64,000 nt of DNA from Candidatus Oxydemutatoraceae bacterium (GCA_965218975.1 OZ244717.1:1696001-1760000), one strand, 5' to 3'; shown: positions 1 to 9,802, counted from the first letter of the stretch. Notes: a model not told the origin generated them from the sequence alone. Numbers and translations are program-made.

Positions 1-928
1 CATTCCAGGTCTTCATATAGTCTCGCCCTTCCTTCGCATAACGTACTTTTTGGTCAATCGTTATTGCTCCGTAGGAAATTATGCCGTCGGCATGTTTACG
101 TTCGTTATCAATGGGATTGATCGCGGCATTCCCAGATAAAAGGAACTGCGATATGTACGGACCGACATCATCACCGGGGGTGATGCCGCGAAATGCGTTT
201 TCACGAGTTAGTTGGCTTCTTTTACGACTGCGTTCATGCGCGGTCAATTGACAGCAAGACTCATTCTTAAACCAATCCAATTCGTTAAGCAACTTGATCA
301 AATCGTCAACTTTCTCTGAATGATCGTCTGGAATACTAGCAATATTAACTTTCCGGTTCTCAATGCTTGTAAATGGAATATCCCTCAATAATGCCTGCGC
401 ATAAACTTCGCCCATTTCGGCAGTGAGCTCTTTGCTCCCTATCGCCGGGGCAGGTGGCATGGTCACAGCTTGAGCGTCAGGTCCTTCCAGATCAAATGTG
501 TTGCCGACAGCCTGACTTTCCCATCCACGAATTTTTGCCGGTCCTGAGTCCATTGCAGAGTCAACACACTTATCGCCTTTGCCGTATTCAACGTTCTGAG
601 CTGCTTCGGAGTGCCAGTTGCGCTTTTGTGCCGGTCCGAGCCTAGTGTTAATAAAATCCTGAGGATCGCTACTATCACACCCCTGAACAAACTTTTCAAA
701 GTCTTCGGAGGAAGCCACTAGCCCGGTATGGTGGTTATGCGGCATACCTTTGGTAAAGCTAGCCAAGTAGGACGGCTGATTAAACTCACCGTGCGTTCCA
801 ACCTTACAGATGATGCGAAACTTCTGTTCATCACCGTTCGCGACATGACGCGGATGCGGCCGCTCTGCAGCCAGTTCGGCAGCGGAGCACCTGACCTTGA
901 ACGCTTCTTGTAATCTGTATTTATTCAT
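1..928 (-). CDS. Vanadium-dependent haloperoxidase (bromoperoxidase-type), N-terminal ~309 aa; runs off the window edge and is absent from the ORF track
   Basis: Manual translation from ATG at 928 (RBS AAGGAG) gives MNKYRLQEAFKVRCSAAELAAERPHPRHVANGDE...SFTKGMPHN...FDLEGPDAQAVTMPPAP...ELTAEMGEVYAQALLRDIPF...FRGITPGDDVGPYISQFLL...YGAITIDQKVR...DYM. These motifs match algal/cyanobacterial V-bromoperoxidases. The vanadate-binding motifs lie outside the window. Confidence 0.9.
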   Translation of the reverse strand, partial: MNKYRLQEAFKVRCSAAELAAERPHPRHVANGDEQKFRIICKVGTHGEFNQPSYLASFTKGMPHNHHTGLVASSEDFEKFVQGCDSSDPQDFINTRLGPAQKRNWHSEAAQNVEYGKGDKCVDSAMDSGPAKIRGWESQAVGNTFDLEGPDAQAVTMPPAPAIGSKELTAEMGEVYAQALLRDIPFTSIENRKVNIASIPDDHSEKVDDLIKLLNELDWFKNESCCQLTAHERSRKRSQLTRENAFRGITPGDDVGPYISQFLLSGNAAINPIDNERKHADGIISYGAITIDQKVRYAKEGRDYMKTWN

Positions 929-1106
929 TCCGTTCTCCTTCAGGTTAACTATTTACAAAGGATAAGGCACTCCCACCTATTGCTGTTTGTTTTTATTCGC
1001 ACACTGATATTCCCCTTTTTTGTCTTTTTGTAATAGCTCGTCTCGCTCATCTTCTTGAAGAGGCACCAGTAATGCCGACCACTGATCTATGCTCAAACCC
1101 GATTTG

Positions 1107-2429
1107 TTATTTGACAACCGAAACCGTAACGGTTTTTGAATGCCCGATAGTATCGGCAATATAGAGTACGTACTCACCCGCCCCCACCTCTGCAGTGGCG
1201 TTGATAGTAATTGCATGATCGCCCGGCGGAAAAGGATCCTCAACTGTAAGACTGTCCTTCTTTGGCGGGCTTGATAGAAATCGTGCGAAATAGGGTGATT
1301 TCCCACCCTTGACAATAATCTTCGCTTCGCTTGCGGTTTTCGCCTTCATCTGAATCCGGGCGGGTGACACCGAAATATCGGTAGTCACGTTCACGTCGCA
1401 CTTCTTCAGCATTGTGATCGGCTGTTTTTTATTTACCTCATTAACAATCGCGCTTACATGCAATGCCGTCGTGTCAAGCTTTAAACTTTCACTCCTAAGT
1501 GTCCTGACCGCAACCTTAAGAGATTGATTATTTAAAACTGCGAGTGTATCATCTGCTTTATCATCTGCTTTATCATCTGTAGGTACAGCAAAAATTTTCG
1601 TGGCAGCGTATAATTGGCTGATGATGTTAGACAATGCTTCCAGCTTAGGCTGCGATTGTCGGATGGCATCATCGACAGCACTCCCGATACGATCAACGGA
1701 TACCACAAGTTTACTCCCGCTCGTTTGTATCTGTCGGTGTAAGCTTTTCCCCGCGATGTAAGCTAAGTTAGCTGTCTCGACGATTTGTTCGGCTTCGGCC
1801 ACTGCTGCGTCTGCAGCCTGTGCATCATCCGTCCCTGCCTTGCCCTTTTTTCGTAGTTCCTTTACTCTCAAAATGGCTTGCTGTACTGAGTCAATCTGAC
1901 TCTTTAAACTTTCCAAGTCATCCTCAAAACCTGATTTTCCACCTTCTTTTGTCTTGTTTGCCTTCTGTTGTTTACCTTCTGGAAAGTTCAGAGGTAAAAC
2001 CGCTTCCACCGCACAGTTCATGGCTTTCATGCCTTCAGCATAAATACGCTCCCGGATATCGTTCGAGAACCACTTGGCCAGCGTGTATCCCGTGCCGCCG
2101 GCAAGGCCGACACCCGCGAGAGCATCAGCATGTGCACCGTAGGTTGCAAGACCGAGCGCGGCAGCTCCCGAAAAAATCATGCCCACCGCTGTTCTATTAG
2201 TCATTTTGGCATGAGCTGCCAGCTTCTTACGATATGCCTTTTTGGCATCTTGGGCATATTTTATTGCTTCCGACAGCGTGGGGTTTGCTGGGTCCTGCGC
2301 ACTTAACGATCCCCACTCAACATAAGGGTTGATCATGCTGCAGCCTTGGAGCACCAGGGCACCGAAAATAACCACGGCGACAGCGAAGTGTCTGACTTTG
2401 AGCGCTTCCTGCAGTCTATATTTATTCAT
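1107..2429 (-). CDS. Lipoprotein of unknown function (440 aa): helical/coiled-coil body and beta-rich C-terminal domain
   Basis: Lipobox LVLQGC after a hydrophobic signal; glycine-rich hydrophobic hairpin; RBS AAGGAG; short DDKA repeat. Confidence 0.75.
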   Translation of the reverse strand: MNKYRLQEALKVRHFAVAVVIFGALVLQGCSMINPYVEWGSLSAQDPANPTLSEAIKYAQDAKKAYRKKLAAHAKMTNRTAVGMIFSGAAALGLATYGAHADALAGVGLAGGTGYTLAKWFSNDIRERIYAEGMKAMNCAVEAVLPLNFPEGKQQKANKTKEGGKSGFEDDLESLKSQIDSVQQAILRVKELRKKGKAGTDDAQAADAAVAEAEQIVETANLAYIAGKSLHRQIQTSGSKLVVSVDRIGSAVDDAIRQSQPKLEALSNIISQLYAATKIFAVPTDDKADDKADDTLAVLNNQSLKVAVRTLRSESLKLDTTALHVSAIVNEVNKKQPITMLKKCDVNVTTDISVSPARIQMKAKTASEAKIIVKGGKSPYFARFLSSPPKKDSLTVEDPFPPGDHAITINATAEVGAGEYVLYIADTIGHSKTVTVSVVK

Positions 2430-2519
2430 TTTGTTCTCCTTTGTCGGATGCTCCTACCACTTGCGCGCCATCCGTTATCAATAAATCCTCTGCGAGAAGT
2501 ACGGCATATCCCAACTCTT

Positions 2520-4136
2520 TTAAGATAACTTGCTTCGGGAAAGAAATGAGACAGTACGACTGCCAACAAGCAAGACAAGTCCTAACAACAATAGCAACCA
2601 TAAATCCATGGCGCCGGAGCCTCCGCCGCCTCCGCCAGAGCCTCCGCCGCTATTGCTGTAAGCAGGACGCGCCCTGTCATCGCAAACGGCAGTGTCATCA
2701 GGATAATAGCCATCGCCGTGTTCAAGAGCGCATGCGACTCTCCCGTCTTCAATGATTTTGCTCATCCTGGAAACCCGATTTCCACAAACATTACTCCTCC
2801 TACCATGAGTAAGCACGCCAACAACTTGTGTGTTTTGCCTTAGCCACATCGGACTCCCGGACGACCCTCTCGTAGACCCCCCTACTCGGTAGTGGGTGGT
2901 ATAGTGGCTACAGCCGGAAGAGTTATTACAAGAACTGAAAAGATCATTTAACTCATAATGATCAAGCGCCACAATTTCCGTTTGTAAGTAGTTTTGATCA
3001 GTGCCCCTCGCATGATGAAGCGCTTCAATTATTTCACCCCGAGACAAGGAAACGGAGCTCGAGCCTAATCGTAGAAATGTTGAAGCTGTCGTCGCTTGGA
3101 GATCTGATTCATCCACTGACAGCAGTGCATAATCTCCTCGCGCGTTAGCCGCAATAAATCTTGCGCCTGTCGCGCTAATTCTTTGATCGGCGGGAACGCA
3201 ATCCGAAACACCGATCGCAATAGAGATATTCACAAAAGTGCCTATCGGCATTTCAGGGTTAGTGCCGGCATCAATGCAGTGATACGCCGTCAAAAGATAA
3301 ACATGATCATCACTGGCACCGGTGCCGGTATTCAGCAGTCCTGCAGTGCACTGCGCCCCGCTTCCTTGACCAGGAGGGGGAGTATAATTTATACGGGCCA
3401 CGCCTCTCCACCGCTCAACTCCATCAGGAAAAACACACAAGTTGTTTCCAAAAGGGCAGTCGGAGTGACTTTGCGGAACGGCAAAGGAGTGGCTATTGAG
3501 TTGCTGAATGTTACCGGCAGCATCTCTGAAGTGATGGTCTAAATGATATATGGCAAACGGAAAAGCATCCGGGGACACAGCAGATTGAGTCCATACTTCA
3601 ACAACCACTGTGTCATCCGGAATCAATGGCGACCAGAAGCCCGCGCCATCGGCCGGCCCTTTGCCGACATACTCACCGACAAAAGATGCGGGATTATCTT
3701 TCAGTCCATATACTTTTACAGACATTTCGTCATTCAGGTCAAACCGGGAAAACCACACCTTGACACCCAGTGCTTCGGGAGAATAAATGTGCAACTGCCA
3801 GATATTGAAGCTGTCTCGTTGTCCGACCGGATGCCAGTTGCTCTGATTAACGCTTACCGCTCTGCTAATACTCGTATAGAGTTTGCGTTTATCCTGAATC
3901 AGACTGACAATTTCTCTCTCCTCTTCTTCACTGAGTAAAGGCAACTCCAGCCTGACGTCATCCGGGTATTCTGATGCCAGGTCGCGGGCATGCTCTATCT
4001 CCCTCGGTTGCACTTCCACCTCTTCCATCCTCATTTCCGACACATCGGAGTAAGCGATCTGAAAAAACGAAAGAATGAAAATCCCCGCCGGAATAAGCAA
4101 GGTTTTATATTTCATAGTATTCATCTTAGCCTCCAA
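2520..4136 (-). CDS. Secreted trypsin-like serine protease (lysyl-endopeptidase-like) with GlyGly-CTERM anchor
   Basis: Signal peptide; pro-domain; catalytic motifs TAYHC, GDYALL and GSSGSP; C-terminal GGGSGAMDLWLLLLLGLVLLVGSR. Confidence 0.88.
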   Translation of the reverse strand: MEAKMNTMKYKTLLIPAGIFILSFFQIAYSDVSEMRMEEVEVQPREIEHARDLASEYPDDVRLELPLLSEEEEREIVSLIQDKRKLYTSISRAVSVNQSNWHPVGQRDSFNIWQLHIYSPEALGVKVWFSRFDLNDEMSVKVYGLKDNPASFVGEYVGKGPADGAGFWSPLIPDDTVVVEVWTQSAVSPDAFPFAIYHLDHHFRDAAGNIQQLNSHSFAVPQSHSDCPFGNNLCVFPDGVERWRGVARINYTPPPGQGSGAQCTAGLLNTGTGASDDHVYLLTAYHCIDAGTNPEMPIGTFVNISIAIGVSDCVPADQRISATGARFIAANARGDYALLSVDESDLQATTASTFLRLGSSSVSLSRGEIIEALHHARGTDQNYLQTEIVALDHYELNDLFSSCNNSSGCSHYTTHYRVGGSTRGSSGSPMWLRQNTQVVGVLTHGRRSNVCGNRVSRMSKIIEDGRVACALEHGDGYYPDDTAVCDDRARPAYSNSGGGSGGGGGGSGAMDLWLLLLLGLVLLVGSRTVSFLSRSKLS

Positions 4137-4645
4137 AGCACGTTGCGCTTAAAAAGCGACAAAGTCGTGCGGCTGTTGAGTTTCTGGACTGCCTGCGCCG
4201 GGGCGCAGTGACTGGTTTCTTACATAAAGAGTGATCTATAGCAACATTGATCGTCTGATCGTCTATCATCTTCCGGACGTCCTCCTGTTTAATTAGCTTT
4301 TTTTAATCTTGTTGTTTGTGGGCTAATTACCTAATCTGATAAAGACTCTAAACGACTAATATTAAAATTGGAATAGTTAAAATTAACTAAATTTTCTATT
4401 TGATTATTCAATCCTCGCTCGCGCGAGATATTAGCTGTTGGGAATAAATCATCCATCGCAAACTCATCCGGTACCTGCATTACAAAGCCTGGCTGGCGGC
4501 GCGTGCATGGCGGCGAAACCCGGTATTCGGCCGTCGAGCACTAACGCTGTAGATTAGATATGTTGGATGAAGCGGTTTAGAAACCTTTATCGATTCAAAG
4601 AAACCATGATCGGGTTGAAGGTCAGGCATCAACCCTGGGGGGCGA

Positions 4646-4723
4646 TTATTCGGACACTGAAACTTCTGCTATGAGTTTCACGGGTAGCCCTTTATATTGG
4701 CGGTACTGGTTCCAGAACAGTGC
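4646..4723 (-). pseudogene. Duplicated 3' end (25 codons) of the 10347-11267 gene, copy A
   Basis: Encodes ALFWNQYRQYKGLPVKLIAEVSVSE* versus native ALLWNQYRQYKGLPVKPIAEVSVSE*. Confidence 0.9.
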
Positions 4724-4918
4724 ATAAGCTCAGAAACATTTAGCACTCAAATCGTCGCTCTGCGCGCTTCTATCACAGTCGGACTTTGTCTAGTGGCATG
4801 AAAATCTAGGAATCTAAACTTCTCAGTAGCTTCCACGCTTCCACGAGGAAACCCGGATAATTAATATTAGCCGGTACTCGTGCGGGCCCACGAAGATGAA
4901 TCGTGAAGGACCGGAGTG

Positions 4919-5191
4919 CTATTGGCCGGAGAAAAACCCGGCCGCTGTGAACATAAGTCCCATTGCAATGACGATGGTACCAGCAATGATAATGTTCCAC
5001 CGGATCATCTCAGCCTTTATTCCAGCCAGATCAGTTTTTAACTCGGTTCTTAACTCGGCCAACCCTATTTTTAAATCCGCTGTAGTTACGACATCATCTG
5101 TATGTGCAAGTGTATCTGCGACAGATTTAGCCTGTTCTTCACTAACACGGGGAATCTTTTTTAAGACTTCATATAATTCAATGGTGCTCAT
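4919..5191 (-). CDS. Small coiled-coil protein with C-terminal TM helix (DUF1640/CCDC90-like), 90 aa
   Basis: MSTIELYEVLK...VTTADLKIGLAELRTELKTDL...EMIRW followed by a hydrophobic tail; this pattern is typical of the family. Confidence 0.65.
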   Translation of the reverse strand: MSTIELYEVLKKIPRVSEEQAKSVADTLAHTDDVVTTADLKIGLAELRTELKTDLAGIKAEMIRWNIIIAGTIVIAMGLMFTAAGFFSGQ

Positions 5192-5232
5192 GGTTTCAGC
5201 ATAGCCGATTTCAGAAGATATTATGCACACGA

Positions 5233-5833
5233 TGTATACGATGCCACCCTAAATGGGATTCTTGAAGAGCTTCTGGGTGAGACGCGCCCGGAAAACCGAT
5301 CGGTTTTCAGCGGGGTTTTCAGCGGCGAACGACCCGACAAGGACGTCGGGGCTGGGGCTTATTGACAGCACGAAGTCGCGTCATGGACGACAGGCACTTG
5401 AGCTTGGCGCAGGCGTTTGATTTCACGCTGAACCGATTGCGGCCAGATCCGCCAGCGCCTCTTGCGCGGCGCTTTGCCACGGTCACGCATGGCACTGAGC
5501 TCGATGCGGCGATAGCCCCAGCACCAGCAGTACAAAGTACTGCGACCGACCTTGAATGCGCTCGGTGACACCCGATCTGTAGTTTCCCCTGTATATGGAT
5601 CCACCACATATTGCACATTAGCGTTGTTGAATGACGGTCTGATGGGTTCAATCCCAGTCCTTTGTGCGAACGTAATCTGTTGTACCGAACCAGCCGACCT
5701 GCCGGTTTTGCATTGAAACGATCAAGGTCTTGAAACGGCAGATCCTCTGATGCGGTGGCCGATGTGCTGATATTACGTGCCGATCATCTTTTTGTTGACG
5801 CCCAAAAATCCAGTATGTATCTGCACACGTACA
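5233..5833 (-). mobile_element. IS481-family remnant (mosaic of transposase N-terminus and two right-end variants)
   Basis: TGT-starting ends; HTH fragment FKVGRSTLYCW...KAPRKRRWRIWPQ; C-terminal fragments ...SHLGWHR and ...CNMWWIHI. Confidence 0.75.
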
Positions 5834-5902
5834 CCAGATCAAATTGAGAGCCAGCAGATTTTTAGAGGGGTCGGGTTGGTGTCTTTTTACGAGCTGTAAG
5901 CA

Positions 5903-7051
5903 TTAAACCCCCACTTCGTGAGCAGATCTCAATACAGGAGAAAGCTTGGAAGGAAGCGAATGACGAACTTGCCAGAAGGGAGCGTCGGGCCATCGTTGTT
6001 CCATCCTATAATATGCGATCTTGGTTTCGAGATAGGTCAAGAAGTCTCGCGCGAGAGTGTGCGAATAGTTCTGAAGGGCTTCTTTGTCTCCTTGGAGATG
6101 CGCAACAACCGCATCAGCGGCCACCGCACCGTGGCGTAGACCCTTAGAGATTCCTTCCGAGGAGAGCGGATCATAGGCTTGGGCTGCATCTCCGGTGGCG
6201 ACCCATGCATCGCCCACTATTCGGTCGGACAACTGACTGTTTGCGATTTTTACTTGGACCGGGCCAGCGAGAATACGTCCGACGCACCGAGCTGCGGTGC
6301 AGGGCGCGAGGGCCAGATGTTTATGCCACGTAGCCTCTGGCGATTGGCAACCGTGGCGTATCATATTGGCTTCTGACATCCAAGTTGCGATCATGCGACC
6401 GGAAGCCAGTTGCACGGAATACCACCATCCAGCCTCGGTAGCTTCAATGAGTAACCGGCCGTTGTCGCCTTTGTCTTCTCGCGGTGCCTCCAGAATACCA
6501 ATGATCGCGGCAAGTCGATCAAAACGGTGGATCTTCGCACCGAGACGACGAGTGAGCCAAGCAGTCCTGCCCGTAGCGTCGACAAGAAAACGTGCGTGGG
6601 CGACTAATCCTTTTGCATCACCAGCCAGCGGCACGGCCCAGCCGGAATCTATCGGCGAGGCTCCGACAGCATACGACGCGTTCAATATCCGTACACCGCG
6701 TTCTATTGCCTGAGCCCGTAATCCCGCATCAAACCTTGGGCGGTCCAAGTTGATGCCCGAGCCATGTGGGCTGGTCATGTAGTCGCGCGTCATAAGATCA
6801 GGTCCGCCCCATGCAGACTCGATGAATGGACAAGGGGCGTGCTCCGGCGAAGCGATCAGAGTGCCAAGACCCATGGCATGTAGTGCAACTACACCCTCGG
6901 GCGATAAGTGCTCGCCGACCGTTCCTTCCGTCCCGTCGGATCGTTCAATAACGACTACATCCAGACCATGGCTTTGGGAAGCGATTGCGACTGCGCATCC
7001 GGCGGGACCGGAGCCGAGAACGATCAGGTCGGTAGAAACGTCGGCGTTCAA
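5903..7051 (-). CDS. LodB/GoxB-like FAD-dependent flavoprotein (CTQ maturation)
   Basis: GSGPAG Rossmann motif, DATGR, GDAAQAYDPLSSEGI and the C-terminal YY..EQRWP..PFW typical of LodB; lies directly downstream of the lodA-like gene. Confidence 0.85.
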   Translation of the reverse strand: MNADVSTDLIVLGSGPAGCAVAIASQSHGLDVVVIERSDGTEGTVGEHLSPEGVVALHAMGLGTLIASPEHAPCPFIESAWGGPDLMTRDYMTSPHGSGINLDRPRFDAGLRAQAIERGVRILNASYAVGASPIDSGWAVPLAGDAKGLVAHARFLVDATGRTAWLTRRLGAKIHRFDRLAAIIGILEAPREDKGDNGRLLIEATEAGWWYSVQLASGRMIATWMSEANMIRHGCQSPEATWHKHLALAPCTAARCVGRILAGPVQVKIANSQLSDRIVGDAWVATGDAAQAYDPLSSEGISKGLRHGAVAADAVVAHLQGDKEALQNYSHTLARDFLTYLETKIAYYRMEQRWPDAPFWQVRHSLPSKLSPVLRSAHEVGV

Positions 7052-7084
7052 GAAGTTACCGACGGCGGATCAGAGACAAATCAA

Positions 7085-8602
7085 TCACTTCTTCTCAACG
7101 TATTGATTACCTTGCTGCAGGACGAAACGCAACGTGCTCCAATTGTCAACCATGTCTTTGGCGGTCCAACTGCTTGGCATCCAATCGCCCGGAGTGCCAT
7201 TCCTCTTAATCACCCAGTCTGGTCGTTGTGCCGGCCACCACCCTGCACCACAGTCTTTGAAATCTGCTTGCCAAGGACAGGCCAAGCCAGCAGTGATTGA
7301 GCCAGCCAAGAATTTTGAGTCATTGATACGGAATGGCAGGCGGTAAGTGTCCTTCCTCGCCATGATATATCCCGCCTCAATCCCGGGCCAAAAGGGACCG
7401 CCAATGCAGGCATCAAGAGCCGCTTTGTCCAACGCAAGCGGTTGATTTGCCATTGGGATCTGTTGAAAAGGCGGTGGAACCGGTGGTGGTGCTTGCCAGT
7501 CCGGTGTAAATTGCCCGTTCTCCCATTTGTGCATCAGTTCGAGCTGAAGGGACGTCAGCTGGGCTGGCTGGTCTTCCCGGCTGGTGAAGGGATTGTCTGG
7601 GTCGAGACCGGGGTGTAACCGGGGCATGTTGGCTATGCCGTCACCGCCCGGACGCCGAAGCCTCTTGTAAACATCCCAACGTGCCTTCTTGTTCGCACTC
7701 GTATTACTCGACAATGCTTTCAATCGGAATGGTTTAAGGAAGTTGCCGCCACCCGTCCCTGGACCATGGCCTTTATGCGCAAGCTGACTGACCCATTGTA
7801 GGAGCACTGTGCGCTCGAGAATCGGATAGATGTCGCGTGTGAACGATACCGGAGAGAGTCGCGCACGGAGCGATGGTTCCATTTGTACGGCCACATTCAA
7901 CGCTTGGTCCCACAGAGTTACTACATTGTTGATTGCCGGTGCATAGCTCGGCGGCGCAACAATAAGCCATGCGGAGTCGCAGGGGGTAGGTTCTTTACCT
8001 TCGAATTGGACGGTGGCTCGCACCGGACCGTCGGAAACATCGTCGTGCCAATCGGGGTTGTTGGCAAAATCAGGTAGCGGGGCTCCCGAGGGATAGGAGC
8101 TTGATTTACCCCTGCCGCCCAAGACGACTAATTGACCGCCTTGGTCCGTACGCAGGTGCCCTAAAATGACAGGGTTCCCCTTGAATTGACCGGACAACTT
8201 GACAGGGCCGCTGCCCGAACCTGAAATGCTCTGGGATCCGGCATCAATGTTTAGCTCATCCGCAGATGTATTTGGATTGCGAAGATTAGGATTAGGGGGA
8301 GGGTTCGGAGGAAACTCAGGGGCCGATGCCTTGGTGTTCGCCAGATGCACGGTCCACCTGATCGTCGCATCATCATCTCCGGTGATCTCTCGCACTACTT
8401 TGCCGAGGCGACCGGAATCATCGGACTCATACTCATAGACACGGAATCGGGCGCCCTGACGCTTTAGACGACCCTCGGCGTCTCGATAGAGTCCTGCAGG
8501 AACAATCCCTGGAGCCTCCGGACCAATGAAGTATTCATCAGGGCTGTTGCCTAAGCGGGCAACGCCAATTCCTGGATGGATGCGGTAGATCTTTGTCGAC
8601 AT
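7085..8602 (-). CDS. LodA/GoxA-family CTQ-dependent amino-acid oxidase (505 aa)
   Basis: YRIHPGIGVARLGNS, NNPDWHDDVSDGPV, CIGGPFWPGIE (CTQ Cys), PWQADFKDC and WWPAQRPD (CTQ Trp); RBS GGAGG. Confidence 0.93.
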   Translation of the reverse strand: MSTKIYRIHPGIGVARLGNSPDEYFIGPEAPGIVPAGLYRDAEGRLKRQGARFRVYEYESDDSGRLGKVVREITGDDDATIRWTVHLANTKASAPEFPPNPPPNPNLRNPNTSADELNIDAGSQSISGSGSGPVKLSGQFKGNPVILGHLRTDQGGQLVVLGGRGKSSSYPSGAPLPDFANNPDWHDDVSDGPVRATVQFEGKEPTPCDSAWLIVAPPSYAPAINNVVTLWDQALNVAVQMEPSLRARLSPVSFTRDIYPILERTVLLQWVSQLAHKGHGPGTGGGNFLKPFRLKALSSNTSANKKARWDVYKRLRRPGGDGIANMPRLHPGLDPDNPFTSREDQPAQLTSLQLELMHKWENGQFTPDWQAPPPVPPPFQQIPMANQPLALDKAALDACIGGPFWPGIEAGYIMARKDTYRLPFRINDSKFLAGSITAGLACPWQADFKDCGAGWWPAQRPDWVIKRNGTPGDWMPSSWTAKDMVDNWSTLRFVLQQGNQYVEKK

Positions 8603-9255
8603 GTTATGTTGCCTCCAAGAAGAGTCTGCGGCATATAGCCTCAGAGCAAAGGTTGAACTTCCTTAATGAATTGGACAACGCATAGTTGATGGGGCCCGAA
8701 CTCAAGGCAACTGTGTCGCCCGGATAGGCGGGATCGTATATCGTCAGTCTTGTCTTTTTGTCACTCACTGTTCCTGCATTCCAATATCGTTTCCTGTCGG
8801 GACATCTCAATGAGAGTTAACCAATTCAACATCAGTATTAGTTGTGCCTAACACACTGCACTGTACGTGCCAAATATTTCTGAGCTTGTATATACCTCAT
8901 TTAATTAGTTAGCATTTTTTAATCTTGTTTGCGGACTAATTATCCAATTTGATAAAGACTAGACGACTAATCCAATAATTAAAATAGTTAAAATTAACTA
9001 AATTCTTATTTGATTATTTGATCCTCGCTTGCACGAGATATTATCTATTGGGAATAAATCATCTGACGCAAACTCATCCGGTGCCTGCATTACAAAGCCT
9101 GACCGGCGGCGCGTACATGACGGCGAAAACCGGTATTCGGCCGTTGAGCGCTAACGCCGTAGATGAAATACGTTGAATGAAGCGGTTTAGAAATCTTTAT
9201 CGGTTCAAAGAAACCATGATCGGGTTGGGAGTAGACAATCAACCCTGAGGGGCGA

Positions 9256-9333
9256 TTATTCGGACACTGAAACTTCTGCTATGGGTTTCACGGGTAGTCC
9301 TTTATATTGGCGGTACTGATTCCGGAGCAGTGC
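9256..9333 (-). pseudogene. Duplicated 3' end of the 10347-11267 gene, copy B
   Basis: Encodes ALLRNQYRQYKGLPVKPIAEVSVSE*, followed by the same GGGTTG..CAACCC hairpin as the native gene. Confidence 0.9.
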
Positions 9334-9528
9334 ATAAGCTCAGAAACATTTAGCACTCAAATCGTCGCTCTGCGCGCTTCTATCACAGTCGGACTTTGTC
9401 TAGTGGCATGAAAATCTAGGAATCTAAACTTCTCAGTAGCTTCCACGCTTCCACGAGGAAACCCGGATAATTAATATTAGCCGGTACTCATGCGCGCCCA
9501 CGAAGATGAATCGTGAAGGACCGGAGTG

Positions 9529-9802
9529 CTATTGGCCGGAGAAAAACCCGGCCGCTGTGAACATAAGTCCCATTGCAGCGACGACGATACCAGCAATGAT
9601 AATGTTCCACCGGATCATCTCAGCTCTTATCTCAGCCAAATCAGTTTTTAACTCGGTTCTTAACTCGGCCAGCCCTATTTTTAAATCCGCTTTAGTTACG
9701 GACATCATCTGTATGTGCAAGTGTATCTGCGACAGATTTAGCCTGTTCTTCACTAACACGGGGAATCTTTTTTAAGACTTCATATAATTCAATGGCACTC
9801 AT
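9529..9802 (-). pseudogene. Frameshifted copy of the DUF1640-like gene
   Basis: One extra base near 9701 (gttacgGacatc versus gttacgacatc in copy A) splits it into two ORFs; span is 274 nt versus 273 nt. Confidence 0.8.

Larger units (their letters stand above)
4281..5399. repeat. ~1.1-kb direct repeat, copy A (AT-rich promoter region + 3' end of the 306-aa gene + IS end + small coiled-coil gene + IS end + structured repeat)
   Basis: Colinear with 8895-9997 at an offset of ~4610 bp. Near-identical in the middle, more diverged on the AT-rich side. Confidence 0.92.

Noticed and set aside
977-1315. 112-aa ORF (or a 46-aa TTG-start version at 1117) between the lipoprotein and VHPO
   Set aside because: Mostly overlaps the lipoprotein, weak RBS, no motif; possible but unsupported.
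5276-5399. Known riboswitch or housekeeping ncRNA identity for the structured repeat
   Set aside because: No TPP, cobalamin, glycine, SRP, 6S or tmRNA signature recognised; an Rfam search is needed.
5903-7051. Flavin-dependent halogenase next to the haloperoxidase
   Set aside because: Position after lodA and the EQRW...PFW tail indicate LodB; the WxWxIP motif is not intact (WWYSVQ).
8604-8810. 68-aa ORF upstream of lodA
   Set aside because: TTG start, no RBS or recognisable motif; cannot be supported.
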